From assembly GCA_905197115.1 (NCBI GenBank), contig CAJJXN010000001.1, positions 1,463 to 65,462 of the forward strand: a stretch of DNA of 64,000 nt, in the 5' to 3' direction. Numbering within the stretch: position 1 is the stretch's first letter; each line of letters opens with the position of its first letter. A program made the position numbers and the translations under genes. Positions 59,478 to 64,000 of this stretch are shown here, in pieces. A model generated the notes under the pieces. It did not search any database. It worked only from the letters and a program-made list of their open reading frames with translations, and was not told the DNA's origin. This DNA comes from an uncultured Bacillota bacterium. Its GTDB lineage: Bacteria; Bacillota_I; Bacilli_A; RFN20; CAG-631.

Positions 59478-60647
59478 CCTGAATTTACTGATGAATGGCA
59501 AAAAAGAAAGTTATTTGAAATGGCGAATTTTTACAAAGGATGTGGAATATCTAAAGAACAATTAAGTACTCAAGGTAATGAATGTATTTTATATGGAGAG
59601 CTTTATACAACCTATGATACAGAAACAATCAATGAAATTAAAAGTAAAACAAATATTGATACCAAAGGGCTATTTTTTGGTAAAAAAAATGATGTAATAA
59701 TTCCATCATCTGGAGAAACTCCAATAGACATTGCTACTGCATGTTGTGTATGTAAAGACAATGTTTTGTTTGGTGGTGATCTAAATGTCATTCGCTTAAA
59801 ATCCGATAATGGCGCATTTATTAGCTGTCAATTAAATGGTAAGCGTAAATTTGATATTGCAAAAATAGCTCAGGGTGCATCAATTGTTCATCTACATAAT
59901 GATGATTTAAAAAAACTATCCTTATATACGCCAAAAGTTTTTGAAGAACAAATGAAAATTGTTGAATTATTTACGTTAATTGATATGAGAATCAGATCCC
60001 AAAACAAAATCATTGAGGAATATAAGTCACTTAAAAATTCAATTATAAATCAATTAATTTTTAATAATATAAAATTAAATCAATATGTTAAATTAAGAGA
60101 CTTTGCAGTTTTAAAAAATGGATATGCGTTTAAAAACAAATCATATACTGATGATGGTAAATTTAATATTATCACTATTGCGAATGTTCAAGGTGATAGA
60201 TATATAAACATATCATCTTGTAATAAAATACATCAAATTCCAAAGGATATTCAACCACATCAAATTTTAGATATTGGTGATATTTTAATTTCACTTACTG
60301 GAAACGTTGGTCGTGTTTCTTTAATTAATATTTCTAATTGTTTATTAAATCAACGTGTAGGTGTATTAAAATTTAAGAATAATGATTTGAAAAAGTATAT
60401 ATTTCAAGTGATTTCCAATAAAATATTTGAAAATAAAATGATTTTGAAAGGACAAGGAGCTGCACAAAAGAATATAGGAAATGAGGATATAGAATCATTT
60501 TTAATTCCTTTTTCTCAAGATATTTCATATATAAATGAAATAGTAAAGTTATTAGAATGTTTTGATGAAAAAATAGCCATTGAAAAGCAAATCATCAATG
60601 ACTATTTATATCAAAAAAAATATTTATTAGCTAATATGTTTATATAA
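59469..60647 (+). CDS. hsdS: Type I restriction-modification specificity subunit HsdS, cassette A (no ATG start; begins inside the conserved N-terminus)
   Basis: Conserved N-terminus ..VPNLRFPEFTDEW, central QNKIIEEYKSL, C-terminal YQKKYLLANMFI. In-frame stops at 59442-59447 with no ATG between them and the conserved motif. Confidence 0.8.
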   Translation: MRFPEFTDEWQKRKLFEMANFYKGCGISKEQLSTQGNECILYGELYTTYDTETINEIKSKTNIDTKGLFFGKKNDVIIPSSGETPIDIATACCVCKDNVLFGGDLNVIRLKSDNGAFISCQLNGKRKFDIAKIAQGASIVHLHNDDLKKLSLYTPKVFEEQMKIVELFTLIDMRIRSQNKIIEEYKSLKNSIINQLIFNNIKLNQYVKLRDFAVLKNGYAFKNKSYTDDGKFNIITIANVQGDRYINISSCNKIHQIPKDIQPHQILDIGDILISLTGNVGRVSLINISNCLLNQRVGVLKFKNNDLKKYIFQVISNKIFENKMILKGQGAAQKNIGNEDIESFLIPFSQDISYINEIVKLLECFDEKIAIEKQIINDYLYQKKYLLANMFI

Positions 60648-60700
60648 ACATGTTCTGTAAAAGATATGCTTTTTGCTTTTTATAAAGTGAAAGTATATCT
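60633..60700. repeat. about 68-bp repeat at convergent hsdS 3' junctions (second copy 62981-63050, about 94% identical, same orientation)
   Basis: tatataaacatgttctg(t/c)aaaagatatg(c/a)tttttgctttttataaag(t/c)gaaagtatatctttttc. It contains a palindromic core aacatgtttatataaacatgtt in which both converging genes end ..NMFI-stop. Confidence 0.8.
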
Positions 60701-61806
60701 TTTTCTATTTGTAATTTTTCCTTTAAATCATTAATTATACAAATAAACTTTTCTGCATTCTCATCGCATTGTGGAACTTGAAGTTTTAAAAACCAATCTT
60801 TATTGAGATGTTTTAAACCACTACCTTCAAATCCTATATAATCTATATACTTTTGTAGAACCGAAAATACTATTGAATAGAATTTAGTTAATAAGGAATT
60901 TCTAAATCTTATTACAAGGCAATCTGACATGGTTGTAAATTTTCCATTGTGATATTTAAAATTCGCTTTTCCCCCAGTATTTGCAATGATATATTCACCA
61001 TCAAAATCATAAGTGTTGAAATATTTAACTGTTTCTTCTTCATTTGTAAAGAATGGGTAATTGCCACCAAGCAAACCATCTCCTGATTGATGTTTTGTTT
61101 TTCTTTCAAAAATACAAATCTCTTTTACCGGTATAGTCTTAGAAATAGATTTCACCATTATATAACTTATCGAAAATATTTGAGATTTGATTTCCTCAAT
61201 GATTTTGTTTTGAGTTGATATTAATAAATCCATTTTACTTAAAACAATTCCTATTTTATTTTGAATTTCTAAGGTTGGAAAGTATAAAGAAATTTTTTCT
61301 AAACCATCTTGACTAATATTATAATGCTGAGCTCCTGCACCCATTTTTATAATGATTTTTCTAGCGGTTGGGGTATCTAAAAGATGTTTAAAAAATATAG
61401 GATCGTATTCTCCAATCTTTTTACCTCTAATGATAAAACCACCAAAAACAGATTTATTTACTTTATCCAAATAAACATTAGAGCGTCCAATATCTTCAAT
61501 TGTTTCTGAACTTCTTTGAAAAAGAATATCTCCATATTCAACAATAAAATTATTAAATGTGTCGATATTTATATCAACAAATCCTTTAATGCAATCATAC
61601 ATTATATAATCATTGTTTAAAATATCGGAAACTGAAATATATTTAGTTCCTTTTCCATATTTTTCTTGACTTTCATTTAATCCATTTTGAAATTTTAGTA
61701 ATGTTTTGATTTTTATCAATTTCCACTCACTATTATCATTCTCAAATCTCAAATTGGGAACTTTTGAGATTGTTTTTTTCTTATGTTCCCAATTTGAGAT
61801 TTTCAA
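60640..61806 (-). CDS. hsdS: Type I R-M specificity subunit HsdS, cassette B (inverted orientation, ATG start)
   Basis: MKISNWEHKKKTISKVPNLRFENDNSEW, central QNKIIEEIKSQ, C-terminal YKKQKAYLLQNMFI. Convergent with cassette A, with an 8-bp stop-codon overlap. Confidence 0.85.
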   Translation of the reverse strand: MKISNWEHKKKTISKVPNLRFENDNSEWKLIKIKTLLKFQNGLNESQEKYGKGTKYISVSDILNNDYIMYDCIKGFVDINIDTFNNFIVEYGDILFQRSSETIEDIGRSNVYLDKVNKSVFGGFIIRGKKIGEYDPIFFKHLLDTPTARKIIIKMGAGAQHYNISQDGLEKISLYFPTLEIQNKIGIVLSKMDLLISTQNKIIEEIKSQIFSISYIMVKSISKTIPVKEICIFERKTKHQSGDGLLGGNYPFFTNEEETVKYFNTYDFDGEYIIANTGGKANFKYHNGKFTTMSDCLVIRFRNSLLTKFYSIVFSVLQKYIDYIGFEGSGLKHLNKDWFLKLQVPQCDENAEKFICIINDLKEKLQIEKDILSLYKKQKAYLLQNMFI

Positions 61807-62993
61807 AGTATTCAGAAATAATCAAACTATGGCGATGTTCAGATTTCTTAAAAACATTTTCTACAAATTCTCTTTCTTGGGATCAACTTAGTTATATAGA
61901 TGAATCTGAGTTTAAAAATCTTCACTATGGATTAATACATAATGGAGCACCAACATTAATAAATTGTGAAGAATATCAATTGCCTTTTATGCAAAGCAAA
62001 ATAAAAAATTATACGCTATGCAAAAATGGTGACATTATATTTGCAGATGCCTCCGAAGACACAAAAGATATTTGCAAACCAGTAGAATTCATTAATATTG
62101 CAAACAACAAAGTTGTATCTGGATTACATACAATTCACGCACGAGATATAAAAGAATTAACAGTGATTGGGTTTAAGGGGTATTTATTTTCCTCATATAA
62201 TTTTCATAAACAAGTACATAGATTAACTCAAGGAACAAAAATATTTTCAATTAATCCTGGGAATTTTAAAGAAATGTATGTGGGAATTCCTGATGTAAAT
62301 GAACAAAAAGATATTGTTTATTTATTTAGTAAAATTGACAAGCGTATTGAATCCCAAAACAAAATCATTGAGGATTTAGACACTTTAAAGAAATCAATTA
62401 GTCTATTGATTTTTGGAGATAATAGCGAAATAAAGCTGAACTGGAAATTAGTGAAATTATCTAATGTTTTAAAAGAAAGAAAAACTTATGATATTAAAGA
62501 ATCCAAATATCCACACGCTACCTTATCAAAAGAAGGTATATACGCTAAAATAGATAGATACAATCGTGATTTTTTAGTTAAAGATGAAGAAAAGAATTAT
62601 AAAGTAACCCATCTTAACGACATTTGCTATAATCCGGCTAACTTAAAGTTTGGTGTGATTTGTTTAAATACTTATGGTGATGCTATTTTCTCTCCGATAT
62701 ATGTAACATATGAAGTAAGAGCAGGTAATGATCCTTATTTTATTTCACAATATATCACTAATCCTACATTTATTGGTCATATTAGAAAATATGAACAAGG
62801 AACGGTATATGAAAGAATGGCAGTTTCTTCTGAAGATTTTTTAAAAGGGGAAATCAATTTGCCAACTTATCAAGTTCAACTTTATATTTCTAAAATATTT
62901 AAATCTATCAATGACAAAATGAATTTGGAATTACAAGTTTTAGAAAAATATAAAGAGCAGAAAAAATTCCTACTCTCTAATATGTTTATATAA
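61764..62993 (+). CDS. hsdS: Type I R-M specificity subunit HsdS, cassette C (no ATG start; head-to-head with cassette B)
   Basis: ..VPNLRFS.., central ESQNKIIEDLDTLKK, C-terminal YKEQKKFLLSNMFI. In-frame stop at 61707-61709 and no ATG before the conserved N-terminus. Confidence 0.8.
   Translation: MRLFFSYVPNLRFSKYSEIIKLWRCSDFLKTFSTNSLSWDQLSYIDESEFKNLHYGLIHNGAPTLINCEEYQLPFMQSKIKNYTLCKNGDIIFADASEDTKDICKPVEFINIANNKVVSGLHTIHARDIKELTVIGFKGYLFSSYNFHKQVHRLTQGTKIFSINPGNFKEMYVGIPDVNEQKDIVYLFSKIDKRIESQNKIIEDLDTLKKSISLLIFGDNSEIKLNWKLVKLSNVLKERKTYDIKESKYPHATLSKEGIYAKIDRYNRDFLVKDEEKNYKVTHLNDICYNPANLKFGVICLNTYGDAIFSPIYVTYEVRAGNDPYFISQYITNPTFIGHIRKYEQGTVYERMAVSSEDFLKGEINLPTYQVQLYISKIFKSINDKMNLELQVLEKYKEQKKFLLSNMFI
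62343..62377. repeat. 35-bp mid-gene repeat cgtattgaatcccaaaacaaaatcattgaggattt (perfect inverted copy at 63602-63636; 23-bp core also at 59997-60019 direct and 61193-61214 inverted with 1 mismatch)
   Basis: Encodes the conserved central (R)IESQNKIIE(D/E) coiled-coil linker between the two TRDs in all four hsdS genes. Confidence 0.8.
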
Positions 62994-64000
62994 ACATGTT
63001 CTGCAAAAGATATGATTTTTGCTTTTTATAAAGCGAAAGTATATCTTTTTCTTTTTTGATTTTTTCATCCATTAAAGATAGCAATGAAATAATCAATTTA
63101 TTTTTATAATAACCATAATCAGGAATTGCAATACCTTTTATAAAATCAGCATTAATATTGCTTTGCGTTCCTGTTTCAAGATATCTATGTAATTTTTTTT
63201 CTTTAAAATATGATAGATAATAATATAAAAAATCTAGTATAACTTTATCAGTTATAGTCATCGAAAATATTGCTTGACTTGTTGTTAAAGGGATTTTATT
63301 AATAGCAACTTGTCCTACTGATGCATACATAGACAATACTAATGAATCCTTTGGAACTATCCAAGCAGTTGAGTTTTCTAAGCCTTCTTGAGTTAATGTC
63401 TTCTGAGTCCAATAAATATACTTTCCTTGTTCAGTCATATCAGAGATACTTAAAAAAGGGATTTCTCCAGCATAATATTTTTTATTTGTAGATTTTGGTG
63501 TTCCACCGGCTCTGCCCTTTTCGTAAAAAGAACTCAAAGTGTTTCGGTGCATAGGAATTTGCGAAAAAAGTTTATCGCTAATTATTTTCTTTTTAATAAT
63601 TAAATCCTCAATGATTTTGTTTTGGGATTCAATACGCTTGTCAATTAATCCAAGCATAGTTGATATTTTTGTCATTTCTTCTATAGAATCTGGATACTTA
63701 ATATCTGCATTCGAAACTAAACTCCATTCTGCTCTAGGCATTTTTGTTCCACTCGAAGTGCTTGCTATTTTCATAAAATATTCTGTTTGTAGATAGTAAA
63801 ATAAATAACTATTAAGCATTGCAGAGCTATGCAATGCCCATATTTCTGTAGAGCAAACACCGTTAAAATTTGAAAACAAAAATTTTCTTAAATATGGTCT
63901 TAATTTTCCAAAAAGAACATCTCCTTTGAAAAATTTTGTTTTTATAGATTTTTGATTCTTAGCTTTAAATATTTCTAGCATCCTACAAGAATCTTGTTCT
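62986..64000 (-). CDS. hsdS: Type I R-M specificity subunit HsdS, cassette D, 5'-partial (continues beyond the window end; probably the expressed copy downstream of an off-window hsdM)
   Basis: GDVLFGKLRPYLRK TRD motif near the window edge, central ESQNKIIEDLIIKKK, C-terminal YKKQKSYLLQNMFI. The reading frame is still open at position 64000. Confidence 0.8.
   Translation of the reverse strand, partial: EQDSCRMLEIFKAKNQKSIKTKFFKGDVLFGKLRPYLRKFLFSNFNGVCSTEIWALHSSAMLNSYLFYYLQTEYFMKIASTSSGTKMPRAEWSLVSNADIKYPDSIEEMTKISTMLGLIDKRIESQNKIIEDLIIKKKIISDKLFSQIPMHRNTLSSFYEKGRAGGTPKSTNKKYYAGEIPFLSISDMTEQGKYIYWTQKTLTQEGLENSTAWIVPKDSLVLSMYASVGQVAINKIPLTTSQAIFSMTITDKVILDFLYYYLSYFKEKKLHRYLETGTQSNINADFIKGIAIPDYGYYKNKLIISLLSLMDEKIKKEKDILSLYKKQKSYLLQNMFI

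Noticed and set aside
1-64000. Scanned for rRNA genes, additional tRNAs and T-box leaders
   Set aside because: No rRNA-like conserved blocks and no aminoacyl-tRNA synthetase genes with T-box leaders. Only tRNA-Thr at 29031-29104 folded convincingly.

Overview
This is a very AT-rich (roughly 28-30% GC) chromosomal segment from a low-GC Firmicute (Bacillota). The tatD-rnmV-rsmA(ksgA)-yabG synteny and the YabG sporulation peptidase point to a Clostridia/Erysipelotrichia-like spore-former. Positions 1 to about 50 kb are mostly core and housekeeping genes: tldD/pmbA, nagB, an NahK-like hexosamine kinase module, a PadR-DUF1700-DUF4097 triad, TIGR01212 radical SAM, phosphoglucomutase, RluA-family synthase, a TetR plus ABC exporter, hpf, a SAM-I riboswitch with metK, rimO, nrnA, ackA, psuG, an FMN riboswitch with ribU, catalase, and mnmE. 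Two small accessory insertions interrupt this. The first (27.5-29.7 kb) is a tRNA-Thr(GGT) islet carrying two solitary MazF/PemK-like toxin homologs, decayed non-coding DNA and ~110-bp direct repeats. The second (42-46 kb) is a pair of BIG2-anchored lipoproteins, one with an OB-fold and one with a ComEC-like MBL domain. The last ~14 kb (about 50.5 kb to the window end) is a defence/mobile island: three small hypothetical membrane proteins, an AbiEi/AbiEii operon whose toxin carries a C-terminal histidine-phosphatase fusion, a GNAT gene abutted by an IS21-family element (istA/istB), a tyrosine recombinase, and at least four full-length Type I R-M hsdS genes. These hsdS genes lie in alternating orientation and are laced with perfect inverted repeats at their 5' ends, mid-gene and 3' junctions, which fits a multi-cassette phase-variable hsdS shufflon. 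Two of the cassettes lack ATG starts. The cognate hsdM/hsdR presumably lie beyond the 3' window edge. No CRISPR arrays or rRNA genes were seen.
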